A stretch of 64,000 bases of DNA, taken from the NCBI GenBank assembly GCA_002633005.1, contig NMRA01000056.1, positions 567,165 to 631,164 on the forward strand. The letters are read 5' to 3'. The stretch comes from Phoronis australis. Taxonomy: Eukaryota > Animalia > Phoronida. A model generated the notes under the pieces. That model saw only the letters and a program-made list of their open reading frames with translations. It was not told the DNA's origin and ran no database searches. Position 1 is the first letter of the stretch. Every line of letters begins with the position of its first letter. The position numbers were made by a program, and so were the translations under genes. Shown piece by piece: positions 36,201 through 48,155 of the stretch.

Positions 36201-39129
36201 ACTGGTGCGTTTGGCAGTGATTGAGGAAATTACTGAGAAACACATTTGGCAGTGAAAGAGTTTCAAGTTGCAAACTCGTGTGCTCAACAAACAAACCCAA
36301 TCTCACTTTGAATCTTGAATACTCTGAGCCATTCATTTGGTAAAATACGTGTTGGAAAATCGTTGACCTTGTTGATATATTCAATGTAATGCTTTGCAAA
36401 ACTCTAAAAACGTGAAATCATGAAACACGTCAGAATTCGGCAACTTATGATTTTGTATGTTGGCAACCCATAACTGGTGGTGGTGTTACAGATTAGATGA
36501 GCTGAACCTCTCCTGGACCTCTCTCACCAAGGAATGCATTGTTTATGCTTGCCTGTGTTTACCCAAGTGCTTGTCCAAGCTCAGCCTTAATGGCTTCCGT
36601 GAAGCTCTAACTGACGACGGTAGGTTTCTTAAAACAGTCGTACTTTTTGTTATTTTCAAAGTAAGGGTTTGTGTAGAGGTTGTCCATGATCTCCCATTGA
36701 AGCCCTCGTTCTTTGTCCTCTCACTAGCTCAGACTGGCAAAAAATGCAGAATCGGGAGTACCAGATTACCATGGCAACTTGCTGGAGTTTTGAGCTAAAA
36801 CTTGAATCACACAGACATCTTTTGTGTTCAAGTCATTCAATCTATCTGATATGCAGTTTTATGTTTGGAGTGTCTACTAATAGAAAAACTGCTTTTGGTA
36901 CATTTTGAAAATCCCCAAAATAGACACAGCTTTATGCCTTTCAATATTGAAAGAACTTAGTTCCCTAATAAGAGTATATAGTAGTCTATTGGCCAATTGT
37001 CAAAGATTCTGGCCTATCAGCCGTGGCGTAACAGTTCTGGTCAAAGTGTCTGGCCGCCGACTGCCATCTTTATTGTAAGTTTTTCTCACCTTTGATGGTC
37101 TGTGTTCTTGTATTTGTTTGCTCCATAGTTAAATGAGGTCACGCAATTAAAGTGTGACAGCTGAATAATCTTTGCATCTTTGTAGATGTTCTACAGCTTG
37201 TCAAGACATGTCCACATCTCACTGAGCTGGACCTGAGCGATTCTACGTTACTCACAGAGACCTCTATTGATCACTTAGTCAACCACTTGAAGGGCCTGGA
37301 ACACATCTCGCTCAGTCGATGCTACAACATATCACCCAGTTCCTTTGTGTAAGTTCCATTCAAACAGAACTTTACAATTCCAAGACACCTAGACTTACCT
37401 ACCTACATGCAGTGTGGGTCTGCTCCCCCAGGAACAAATTCATCCATTGCGGATGGTATTCTTCTCTCACCAACGCTTAATATTCTCCCTCATAGACCAC
37501 TTTTGCATCTCACGAACATATTTCTTTTCTCAAAAATGCATCAGCCTTACATTCTTCACTGTCTGCGAAAGCTACTCTATACCCTCTCGCGCCGTTCTCT
37601 TCTCTCGGGTCACTTCGCATAACCTGGTATAAAGTCGATGCAAAAATGAACTGTGAGTAGTCTCCAGCAATTTTTGTATTGGCAATAGTTGTTAAGTACG
37701 CAATGGAAATGCTATTGAACTCGGTTTACGCTCAACAGTACATGTTGCTTGTCCTTATATGCCGGTGATCTCATGAATATGAGAATTGATAATTTTTGCG
37801 TCGAAATTCGATAAAGTGGATAATATTCAGGGTATTTAGTGAAATAAAAACAATGTTTATTTGATTTACAATATTCGTGTAATTTCTTCAAAATAATGAA
37901 ACGGCAATAAAAATAATGCCGGAGCTTGATCGACAAATTTTTTGGTAAGTGAGATCATTGCTCCATGGGCTTGGAATACTGAGTGAGAGTGGGATTGGTC
38001 CATCCACCACGACCCAAATATGTCTGTGAAACGAGAAAAGTGGGCGGAGTTAGTGTTGGCAAGTGGATAGTAGCATTCGCAAAAGAATTTTGTGGTCAGA
38101 TAAGGCCAAGCCGTGCAGGACCAGGGAAGTTAAGGTGCCTTGAGTGTTAGATAAGGCCAAGCTGTGCACGACCAGGGAAGTTAAGGTGCCTTGATTTGTG
38201 TTTTGTGTGTTTCTGATTATAGTTTTAGGCTTCAGTGCCAGGTTGCATGGGTCTCAACTATGTTCCCTAAATATTTTGCCTATTTGTGTCTTTACTGAAA
38301 GAATCTTTCTGTCAATTCAGCTGTTCATGAGCCCCTGTTTGAGTAATTGATATTTCCTAACGATGTAACTAAAAATTGAGCCCTGAATGCAATGAAAATA
38401 AATAGGTACTGAGTCCCTAAATTAGGGGCGTTGCATGAAAAGATCCCTATTTATTTTCCATAATATTGCGAAGAGCTGGTAGTTAGTGCCTGAAACTTTG
38501 CTTGACGCGTAGAATGACACACCGTGACTAGTCAGCTTATCCAGTCTTGCCACGAGTAATAACAAACTGTCATTTCTTGCTACGCCCAGAAATCCTGTCT
38601 AAATCTGAGTAAGGAATAAGTTACGACCAATCTATAACAATACAGGGTCTGTATTTGATGGAAAACAGAATAGAGTAACTTGCATTAACCCTTTTGAATA
38701 GTACATGTTGAGTATTGCGTAGGTCGACTGACTCACTAGTGATGACCAGGTCTGTGTTTGCTGGCAGACTGTCAACACTCTCATAAGCATTTACTCCGCA
38801 TGTTGCATGCACTTATTTGGCTTTAGTGTGAAGTGCATTTTATATTCCAGTCGGTGGAAATGATTGAGTGTAGAGGACTCAAGTTTTAGTCAGACTACTG
38901 AACTTAAGGTTTTAATCCACCTTTATTTTTCAGAAACTTGAAAAATATTGTCACCCTCCAAGCAGTCGACATCTTTGGCATGCTGCGAGACCACACTCTC
39001 GAGGAGATCAAAGAAACCATGCAGAATATTCACATCAATGACTATCCGTTCTGCTCGATAGCTCGGCCCACTACTGGGATACGTCGTACCAGTGTGTGGG
39101 GGCTGCGGGTCCGCGACCAGAATGTTTGA
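21281..39129 (+). CDS. SKP2: S-phase kinase-associated protein 2 (F-box/LRR), 454 aa
   Basis: Exons 21281-21360, 22072-22219, 23961-24105, 25939-26047, 26913-27077, 28443-28673 (or duplicates 30238-30382, 32219-32327, 33193-33357, 34714-34944), 36492-36619, 37186-37348, 38934-39129; 1365 nt, phases consistent. SKP2-type motifs: TSMTW, MGVSEL, DNIPQ, F-box SWSKFSDEIILSIFSWL..VCRRWKRL, LDELNLSW, CPHLTELDLSDS, HISLSRCY, C-terminal SIARPT..VWG. Confidence 0.95.
21683..21852. mobile_element. hAT-like MITE (partial relative at ~9644-9730)
   Basis: Termini CAAGGGGCGGATCCAG...CTAAATCCGCCACTG; the 9644 copy begins CAGTGGCGGATTTAG and shares the internal tttggtagtt.ggggt...aaatgtc. Confidence 0.65.
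23522..28819 (+). repeat. Segment duplicated across the assembly gap, copy 1 (SKP2 exons 3-6)
   Basis: Near-identical to 29798-35090; ends exactly at the N-gap. Confidence 0.95.
27411..27724. mobile_element. Fold-back (near fully palindromic) MITE; second copy 33691-34004 in the duplicated segment
   Basis: CCCTGGATACCTTGTA...TACAAGGTAACCAGGG with ~120-bp imperfect arms; ATAT on both flanks. Confidence 0.8.
28820..29797. other. Assembly gap (N run)
   Basis: 978 N. Confidence 1.
29798..35090 (+). repeat. Segment duplicated across the assembly gap, copy 2 (SKP2 exons 3'-6')
   Basis: Starts exactly at the gap; coding differences seen versus copy 1 are synonymous (GCC/GCT, GTA/GTG, AGT/AGC); small intronic indels. 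Confidence 0.95.
38098..38194. repeat. Two-copy ~51-bp tandem duplication
   Basis: agataaggccaagc.gtgca.gaccagggaagttaaggtgccttga twice. Confidence 0.85.
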
Positions 39130-39466
39130 AACGAGTTCAAAGGTCATAGTTTGGTGATACCGTGGATACCGGTGATGTCTTTGGGATGCAGATGAGTTAG
39201 CAGGACTCGCGCCGAATATTTTGAAAGAGGAAATATCGTGGAAAAGTTAATAAAATTTTTCATTGAGCAAGTGAGGTTGCAATTTTCTTCCATTCAAACT
39301 GAAAATGAGTGGGAGAGCTAGCGATATTGAGGATGATTTGGTTCTGTTTAGATTTTTGTTCTTACTAAAATCCTGTAAATGAAATGTGTAGAATGAGGAG
39401 GGAAGCTACAGTAGAACTTGGATAAGATGGATCTAAATGAACTGAAAGATTGTATCAGGGTGTGGT

Positions 39467-39721
39467 CAGGGCTTGGAATTCTCCTCTTTCCAGAGGATTT
39501 CCTCGTTTTTGGTTTCAATTTCCTCTTATTTGATTTCCAGTTGCTTCTTATTCTGTCTCTTTTTCATCATTATTTCGACTTAATTCATACAAAAAAAAAA
39601 CGTTTCTGGAGCTAAAATTTCACAACACTAAAAAGTATTTCTTTCACATTATCCTATTTGTAGAATGATACATCAACTGGAAAATTTTCCTCTTTTTTGT
39701 CATGGGTCATTCCAAGCCCTA
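39467..39721. mobile_element. MITE of the CAGGGCTTGGAAT family downstream of the SKP2 stop (probable 3' UTR)
   Basis: CAGGGCTTGGAATT...ATTCCAAGCCCTA; flanks tgtggt / tgtgtt (6 bp, one mismatch). Confidence 0.7.
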
Positions 39722-41431
39722 TGTGTTTACGGACCAGAATTACAGTGAAGCGAAGGTCGAGCCTGTGCGAGTTTTGCTGTTTATACCTCAGGGGTTTAAG
39801 TCTTGCTAGCTCATTTAACGTGCATGTAGAGTTTTGTGTTGTACCAAGAGGTATGTGAAATATGATTTGATTCAGTTATGCCGTTTGCTGCAGACTGAAC
39901 AGAATAGTCAGTCTACGTTACTTGACCACAATGTCATCCAAGTGGCTAATTTTGTTTCCAAGGGAACCGTGGGAAATGAAAGCCTGTCTTGAACAGTAAC
40001 GCATTTAAATTTAGCTCTTGCAATACATCAAAAACATCCCTCTGAACACACTGTGTACTTATTACTGGTACCTGATTTTTGTCTGTCACCACAGAAACCT
40101 CTGTGCATTCCAACAGCTAGGTAGGAAACCCCTCACTGGTGTTCTGTCCAGTTTCACTGTGGGTTCCTAGGAATGCTCAAACCTACAGCTTGTTCTTTGT
40201 TTGCTGGTAAGGCAATATGACCCGCAAAGGTTGCTTCATGTATCATTGACCATGTCTGTGTTGGGGTGTTTGTCCTGTGTTTCTGAAGCACTGCTAGGAT
40301 TATCTGGATAGTCCCATACATGCAAATACAAAATCTGTTGAAGGAAGGCTCACTACTAATAGCACACTCAGGGTGTCATAGTTTAAGTTTTAGGAGAATT
40401 TTTATAGGAAAACTAAGGCGTTGGGTCAAGGCTTCTGGTATGATGCATAGGTTCCTGGCCTCGAGTAATACCACTGTTGGTGAGTAATTTGTGGTGACTG
40501 CTGAAACTGCACATGAATTCTGTACTTTATGTTATTGTTGATAATATTATTATTACCATTATAGTGGCTTTAATCTGTGATTATGTTATGAGAAAGATAT
40601 TATTTGAGGTGCGCTAAGACAAGCTTACCCCATGCTGTGTGAATATATGAGCCATAAATCTTGTTTTTGGGGATTTTATCTAAACCTTTTTTTGACAAGG
40701 TACGGTCCAAGGCGATGTTGCTGCGTACGTTAGTGGTCGAGTGTGCATGTGCTCCCAAGTCTGCTGGTGTTTGTTTGGCTATGCAATTTCTATGCTTTTT
40801 ATCTTATTACCATTTAACATCTTGTGCATGAGTTTAAATGACTATTCTATCTTTAAAGTATGGGAGTTTCGCAACAGTTTTTTCTTTGTATTTTTTAATC
40901 AAATATAGTTAGTTTTCAAAATAAACTAGACATACTCCACCAAACGTAGATGAACTTGTTGCCAGAATTAATTGACAGTTTGGTCGATCTTTTTTATCAA
41001 AAAAAAATCAAAAATGCTGAGTCTCAGGTGACGTCATTGCGTCTAGCCATTAATTGTTATTCTGCTAATGAACTTACAAGGTGACATGTTGCAATTTCAA
41101 GAAAGTGCCTGAAGCAGAGCATTTTTAGATTTATTTTGAATGTTGAAACTGGTTATGGTCAAAAGGAAGTGGCGCTTTTCTGTGACACTTGGTTGCATGT
41201 CGGTGTTGTCCAATTTATTTTGAAAACTTATTTTTTTTGAGTATTGCATCAAGTTTGTAAGTCATAAGTAGATTAGGTCATTTATCTCAAGATATTCACT
41301 TGGCTCACTCGTCTATAAGATTGTGCATTGCAAATAAAAACGCTGTTTTTGACAGGAATAGTTTTATTTTTGTTCTGTCACAACTATGCCATTGCAATGA
41401 CCAGCGCTCAGATTCTAGGGCTACCTTAGGA

Positions 41432-41595
41432 AACTTCTGACACACTAAAACGTGTAGGATACATGTGTCTGCAACTTCTGACACACTAAAACGTGTAGGA
41501 TACATGTGTCTGCAACTTCTGACACACTAAAACGTGTAGGATACATGTGTCTGCAACTTCTGACACACTAAAACGTGTAGGATACATGTGTCTGC
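41432..41595. repeat. 41-bp minisatellite, 4 identical copies
   Basis: aacttctgacacactaaaacgtgtaggatacatgtgtctgc x4. Confidence 0.95.
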
Positions 41596-43149
41596 AATTC
41601 GGTGTCACATTTTCACGAGATTCGTGCGTTTACGGAACTCGACCCTGATTTACTTATTCGGAGGGAAATACTGTAGAAACTGCGTAGTTTTTGTTATTTC
41701 AGAAGTTGGTTTGCCAGTTGAAAGCAAAATACGCTCTCGTGTCACGTAAACTATTCTCTAGAACTGTCATTTTAAAAACACCAGAAGCTCAAAGTCGTAT
41801 CCCCAGTCGTAGCTAAAACCGTCGACTTCAGTATCTCAGATTTTCATAAGTGGCTCGCCGTGACGTTGGTCGTTGTTCATGAAAACGCTCTTAGTCTAGT
41901 TGCCAAAAGGTTAACCCTGCAATGTTGTTTACTGTAAAGTTTTCTTTTGGAAATTTGTTATATGTGGTTAGGAGAATAAAATAAACTTGGTTGCACTTTG
42001 AGCATTTATTGTAATTCAAGATGGCGGCTTCCGCCATCTTGAATTTCGCCTAATTTCCACACTCTGAACATGATACCGTGTAGGATCTTGCAATTTATGG
42101 TTTGCAACGTTTTTTTGGGACGGAGAGTCCATTTCTGACATTATTTTATGGATACAAGGTGGGTCAAATGAGAGGTCAAAGGTCACGTTGAACTGAAACA
42201 CGGAAAATTCTCTTTTGCGCGACGAAATGATAAAGTTATGGGAAATGCGGAATTATCATTTCTGTGATTTCATTATATCAAGAATAAGGGATAGCTAGGT
42301 ACTTGAAAAAGAAGATATCCTCCCAACATCTCAATAATTAGTTTAAAATAATGTTGTACCAGACCTACGCATGCCGCTCAGGAAGTCCCATCGCACTGAT
42401 CACCTTGGGCCATCTTTACGTTTTATTAGCTGAAGCAGAGCCGACCAGCAGTGTGCCTCGAGTGAAAACTCATAAACTATGACTTCTGGAACTATAAAAT
42501 AATGCAAATTTCCCGACTTTGCTGAGCCGCCTGGCTTCTACTGGGGATTGATGACTCGCTGGGTCTCGAGAAAATTTTACCCCCCCATCATTTTGCGTCG
42601 GTGTTCATAGAGAACAGCTTCGAGGCAATGGACCACGAGTCACTGACAGCGACAAGTTCAACTTGACACCTCCGCGTCTACTCAGAGAGGAGTTAATAGC
42701 GTCTTTGGCAGCTCGTTCAAACCAAGAACTAGTCTCTGTCCAGTACCCTCACTTCTTGTGACCTCTCATGTTGGCTGGACTTGTTCAGGTCAAATCTCCT
42801 GGCTGTAATGTTCCATTATGTCCGAAATACTTCCATTCCACATCTCCACTTGAGTCTTGGCTTCAACTGGCATATTAGACGTCCCATAAATCAAGAGCTC
42901 GTACACTTCAGTGTTGTCACAAGTGATTCTGATGGTGTGTATGTGCCTTCTTCCACCACTTTCAACATTTACTTATACAACGTCTGCTTCAGCATGGGTA
43001 ATTACACAGTGGCTCTTCTTGATCCGCTTGATGTTGAATACAACATACACATAGAAGGTTCTTTAACATAGCGTTATTTAGAATAGTTTAGTGGCAAAAG
43101 GGATATTTGCTCATGTTATCGTCTCATGGTCCTTTGTGTAGGGATATTT

Positions 43150-43210
43150 CAATTATTAGCTTTGAAAAATATTACCACAGTGTGGTAATATTTTTCAAAG
43201 CTAATAATTG
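43150..43210. repeat. Perfect 61-bp palindrome (30-bp arms, 1-nt centre)
   Basis: caattattagctttgaaaaatattaccaca G tgtggtaatatttttcaaagctaataattg. Confidence 0.95.
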
Positions 43211-44558
43211 TTTCACAAGCAGGAGGATAGAGTACCAGTAGAGCGCCGAGACTTTACCTAAATCTCCTGTAGTTCCGGAAACACTCCAAACGACCTGCTA
43301 CAAAGCTGGACAACAGCAACCAACATCACTTCCGGAGCAGAATGATTTGGGACATAACGCGAAGAGATTTGACCAAAATGTCACCCTTCCTCAGACTGCC
43401 GTATTTGCCGATCTAGGCTATAGGGAGTGGACTAAATAAGCATACTGAAAGATATCGCCTATGTTCTTACATTGCTGTCTTACGACTAACACACAACTGA
43501 ACAGCATCTCAATGCCATGTCCTTCCTTGACAGCACAGGCTTCTTCAGTAACTCCAGCATTTTGACTTTTTCTTGATTGCTTTGTAACATTCAGTGCTCA
43601 CCAAAACTAAAAATCTGACTCCTCTGCTCATGCCCAATGACCAGCTCGCTCTGGAATCTACTCGGTGATTGCAGATGTTATGGAGATATGACTGCTGGTC
43701 AGTGAGCGGGTGTATGTGCTTCTCTATCTCCTCTGCAATCTTTCTCTAGCCATCCTTGTCTAGGTCCACTACTCCCTTCTTGTCAACAACTTGGTCCTTT
43801 TCCTGTCACTCCACTACGTGATGTTTGCTGTTCACCACCTTCATTCCACGTGACTTATGTTCCCCATGGCAGCCGAGTATCAAGGTGGGCACACTCACAA
43901 AAACTCTTTAACCACATGACCACTTAATTGCTCGGCTCTCATTAAAATGCCCCATGGCACATGTTAATCGTTTGATATACAATATGCTTGTTCTTCGAAT
44001 TGGTCAGCTGGTACTGCAGTCTTGGACAGGTGCTTCACACACAGCAAACTTCAATGTAAACTTCGAAAGAACCCTGTCAAGCTGCTAAACTTGGTATAAA
44101 CTTCTTGCCAGAAATGTCTGGCATCTTAGTCGAACACTTATCGCACGTTTGTCGAACTTTTGTCGTAGTTTAGGTTGCCGTTATTGCGCCTAGCCGTTTA
44201 TGGTTTGTTTATGAATGGAGGTACGTGTAAATTATGAAAATTTAGACACCGTACATGGAGGCGCTATTGTATTCTAGTCGAAAAGAATTCCCACCATACA
44301 CCAGCGCAGGTACCGAACACAATTATGGTGACCTGCTACGAAGAAATGTGTCAACATCTCCTTACGGCAGGGTAATTGTTGAAGGACCATCTTTAGGTTA
44401 ACCATCAGCTCTTCATAAGACTTGGCCCCATTTGAGTAGACACTGATTAACAACATGGCTGTGATGAGATTGTAAACCTACAGAGCATCGCTTGTAGCCT
44501 TTCCGTTGACTATACTGGAGTGTAACAAGTTAATACTTCCAAAATCATATCTCTCGAA

Positions 44559-44791
44559 ATGCATTCTAGAAGGAACAATCTCGTGTTTGTGGGGATCCCG
44601 CAAACCCAGGATATGTCGTGTGAGAACAGTTTATCTATAGTGCTAAAGCGATATATGGGCCTTGACAACATCTCTTTTGAAAGAGTGCACCCTATTGGCG
44701 ATAAAGGTACTATAATTGCTAAGTTTTCGTTCTATAAACAACGACAACAAGTGTGGATGGGAAAGAGAAAGTTTCAAGGTTCGAAAATTTT
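44559..44791 (+). mobile_element. LINE ORF1-like (L1/CR1 ORF1 RRM-type) coding fragment, cut by a gap
   Basis: SRRNNLVFVGIP...ISFERVH.IG...IIAKFSFYKQRQQV...KRKFQG matches the SRRNNL.F.GIPE...IERAHR...IIVKF..YK pattern of non-LTR ORF1p. Confidence 0.7.
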
Positions 44792-44874
44792 NNNNNNNNN
44801 NNNNNNNNNNNNNNNNNNNNNNNNNNNNNNNNNNNNNNNNNNNNNNNNNNNNNNNNNNNNNNNNNNNNNNNNNN
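44792..44874. other. Assembly gap (N run)
   Basis: 83 N. Confidence 1.
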
Positions 44875-44885
44875 AATACTTCGAT

Positions 44886-45504
44886 GGCTCATGCCACCAC
44901 TCCGAAAAAAGCCACTCCGAAAGTACACTACACCGAAAAATCTCCGATACAACGATTGTTTACTCAATCTTCCTAGATTTTCTCAAAATTTCACGAATGG
45001 TGTATGAATTTGTTACTTACTAACAAAATACCCACACAAAAATAAAATTGGACAATCAAGTCCAATGACTTATTTCTGCCATTTTTACTGTCTCCGTAGT
45101 TAACGACTCTTGTATCCTATCTTCTTTGAAGTTCACTTGATCGAGAGAAAATGCATCATATTACATGCGAGCACCCAAGGGGGCCCCCATTGGGCCCCAT
45201 TCGCCTCAAAACAACAAAAAGTCCGAGAAAACGAGACATAAGTCCACTAAAAAGACGCGAATGCACAATTCATAGCCCTGGACGTGATATCCGTTTTTAG
45301 TCCCATGTTTTTGTTTGTAAAAGAAACAAATTGCCAAAAAAATTCCCCCCCCCCATTTTAGACTAGGTGCGCGCATGTTTTTGTGTTATAAAATGAAACA
45401 AATGCGTTCATATTTGGAGGAGGCGTGGGTTTCTTCGGAGTAGTGTCTTCTTTTCGGAGTAGAGGTTTTTCGGAGTAGTGTTTTTGGAGTAATGGGCAGT
45501 AACC
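44886..45504. mobile_element. Non-autonomous DNA transposon with subterminal ACTCCGAAA repeats, containing a nested CATG-ended MITE (~45164-45377)
   Basis: cactccgaaa repeats on the left are inverted as tttcggagtagtg on the right; the inner element shares aaagtccgagaaaacg..ccactaaa with ~19050-19090 (reverse). Confidence 0.55.
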
Positions 45505-46129
45505 ATACTATACGCACCAGCACTGAACTGCTAGCCGTATGGATCGAGCATTTCTATGCCATATGCTTTTTTTATTGTGCTGATACAACCCTCATGAAAT
45601 TTGTGAGCAAAATGTTTGGCCCACTATAGTACATGTATGTAATGGTGAGCATTTTGAAAATACACCTTAAAGAGGTTAACGAAGGAAATTAAAAATGAGA
45701 TAAAAACTAAATGCCAGAAGGCTGGTAGGCAGTTTTGACCTTTGACCTCTGGTTTGACCTTGAAAATGATGCTTTATAAAATAACACCAGAAATGGACTC
45801 CCCATCACAGAAAATGGTATAAACAATGTATTACATGATAGTGTTAGTCATCATGTTGAAAAAACCAAAGTGGGTCGAAATTCAAAATGGCGGAATCCGC
45901 CATCTTGAATTGCAAAAAATGCTCAAAGTTGCACTAAGTGCAACCAAGCTAATTTTGTTCTCCTAATCATATTTAATATATTTCAACAAAAAACTTTACA
46001 GTAATCAACATTGCAGGGTTCACTATAGGAGCTATTGGGCAGGCAACTAGACTATCTACAACAGTGTAGTGTTTTACTGTTTTTCGGGACCTCCAAGCTC
46101 TAAAACGTCGGGGTACCCTACTAATCATT

Positions 46130-46515
46130 GCAAAACTAAAAATGTCATCTATGAAATCCCATGTGAATGTGGTGAATCATATATCGGTGACACATTAAGA
46201 CCACTGGAGACGACTGAGAATTGCTGAACATAAGAGGTGTTGTAGAGAGGGTAATACCTCATAAGGAGTAGCAGAACCCGGTTCTGCTGTCGAAACAACA
46301 CAATATCCAGTGGAATAATATCCGAATACAGTGAAACAGGTCGGACCAAGAGAAAGATCAAGGAAGCCATGTACATGAAAGTACAAGGCAATGTCTTCAG
46401 TCAGCCAAGCAAACAACCAAGTGATATCCGTGCTCGTTCTTCTAAGAACGTGGGAACACCTGACGATGGCCAGTGAAAAGACCGACCAAAACGTCGTGAC
46501 AGTGTCAATAAATAG
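46130..46515 (+). mobile_element. Penelope-like element 3' relic (GIY-YIG endonuclease remnant)
   Basis: KTKNVIYEIPCECGESYIGDTLRPLET/RIAEHKR...HNIQWNN...RKIKEAMYMK with frameshifts; followed by a hammerhead-like motif and AATAAA at 46507-46512. Confidence 0.85.
46457..46498 (+). ncRNA. Degenerate type I hammerhead ribozyme motif of the Penelope-like element
   Basis: cac-CTGACGA-tggcc(agtgaaaagacc)gacc-AAAACGTC-gtg: core box 1 intact, GAAA changed to AAAA, palindromic ACGT stem III, cac/gtg stem I. Confidence 0.55.
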
Positions 46516-46704
46516 ACAAGTGGTCGGTGTAAATAGACCAAGAAATTTTAATAATAGTTGGCAAATCATGACGTTTCAAACTTTGCTAATCCTTTCTTGC
46601 GTGCCTTTGGAAAGCTTTCTAAACAACAGGAGACTTTCGGCTGAAAGTAATGTCGGTGTTTTTTTTTTTGTTTTTTTTGTTTTTTTTTGTAGTCGGTGAG
46701 AGTG

Positions 46705-46861
46705 CAAGGTAACGTTCACTAGCTGTCTCGTGGCTAAAAAGATCTAGCCAAAATCACGTGTTCTCATTTTTAAAATACACGGCAATATCTCACGGTCTTA
46801 GTTTTTAGCGAGGTCCTAGCGCAAGTCCTAGCGTAGGTCCCAGCGTTACTGAACTCAGGTC
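46705..46861. mobile_element. MITE; opposite-orientation relative at ~60502-60655
   Basis: ctagccaaaatcac.tgttctcattt.aaaatacac.gcaatatctcacg shared (inverted); ends GTTACTGAACTCAGG. Confidence 0.65.
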
Positions 46862-47036
46862 AAAATGAGTGGGCCTGGTTAAAATCTCTCTCTCGGCGTG
46901 GAACCAGAACCAAGGGTGCTTTTTGACAAATATCAGGCATCAGAGGCAATGGCAATTTCTGCTTTTGACAACACTGGGGTTCGTTTCTTCTGCTTCCTGT
47001 TTTTCTCGTCTTTGTTACTTTGCCGAACTATTTTTA

Positions 47037-47188
47037 CATGGGCGGCGCACCACTGAAAAAAGTGGAGGGGCTGAAACTCCCTCAGCCCTCCTGTGGTGCA
47101 CCGCCTATAGACCATGTGCGGCGTAGCACTGAAAAAATAGGAGAGGGCTATAGTCCCCCTTCCCATCCCCCTAAGGTGCGCCGCTAGC
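47037..47188. mobile_element. Two adjacent short hAT-like MITEs (fragment also at ~51866-51903)
   Basis: CATG.GCGGCG..cactgaaaaaa...ggtgc.ccgc.ta. repeated twice. Confidence 0.55.
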
Positions 47189-48155
47189 GTACTCACGAAA
47201 TATCGTCGGTTCCTCTCGCTGGTTCCCTGCTTGCCACTAGGTGGTCAGTAGCCAGCATGCAGGTGATTACTTTCCTCGGGATTTTTTTTTTTTACATCGG
47301 CGTTTCTGATTGGCTAACCGAATTCTCATCAGGCAGCGTTTTACGCAAACAAAGTGGCATGACTGATGGACTCAAGTGTGTAATGTGGTCTGTTGTACAG
47401 ACAAATCGGCCTGCTTAAAATTTATGTTCAGGAAATGTGAATGGTTGCGCTTTTTCGGAGTGCATCTTTCCACTGTCCATGACTTTTGTTTACGATACTG
47501 TCCTGTATTCATGCAGTATGAGTAATACCGGTTAAATCGGCCAGATCATGTGTTTATTGTACATGTATGTGCTTCAAGCACGCGCCTATTAAACATTACT
47601 GCAAAAACGAAATAGTAGCTGCGGCGCCACTTGCATGACAAGGCTAAAAATCGTTCACAGTCCGCCATTTTTTCACGGTGTTGTAAATTTAAGCTAACCA
47701 ATGAATGCTGAGGTTACATCAACCAATGCTAAAGCGCGTGCCACTGCGTGATACCTGCGTGCTGGCTAGGCATGTAGGGAACCAGCGAGGTCGATTCCCA
47801 CGACGTAGTACTACTTGGCAGTTCTGGTGAGCCTACTTTAAACAATCTACCTTAAAGGATAGATCCAACGAGGAAGTGTGCGATTATCAGTGTAGGCGCA
47901 GCCAGTGGCAAAAGTAATTGCAATCGTATGTTGATAAAGATATCTCAACACAAGTACACCAATTTATTTACGAACATTTTTTTCTACAATACGTAAGGCG
48001 TCACTAGTGAGCGCCAGCCACCAAGAACGCTGTCGTAGGCGTGAGATCCCTTGCGTTTGGGCGCGTACCACGAGGATACACTTTCGCGTGATGAATTATA
48101 AGTCAGATACTTGATTAAGTACAAAAGAACGCCCCAGCAATTATATAAATAAGCT

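Larger units (their letters stand above)
41892..46054 (-). mobile_element. Decayed Academ-type DNA transposon (~4.2 kb) with ~300-bp imperfect TIRs and nested insertions
   Basis: Termini TAGTCTAGTTGCC...GGCAACTAGACTA, tct on both flanks; long arms (aaccctgcaatgttg..tactgtaaagttt, caagatggcgg..ccgccat) at 41892-42190 and ~45735-46054. Broken minus-strand transposase pieces: KIAEEIEKHIHPL..LHNICN, EMLFS..LVV.QQ..DIFQY..SPLP....YGSLRKGD, and XPG-like THAEADV..TIRITCDNTEVYELLIY (42886-42999). Confidence 0.8.

Noticed and set aside
41432-41595. CRISPR-like array (also considered for 53458-53758)
   Set aside because: Eukaryotic context, no cas genes; the 41-bp units have no spacers and the 53.5-kb linkers are related to each other.
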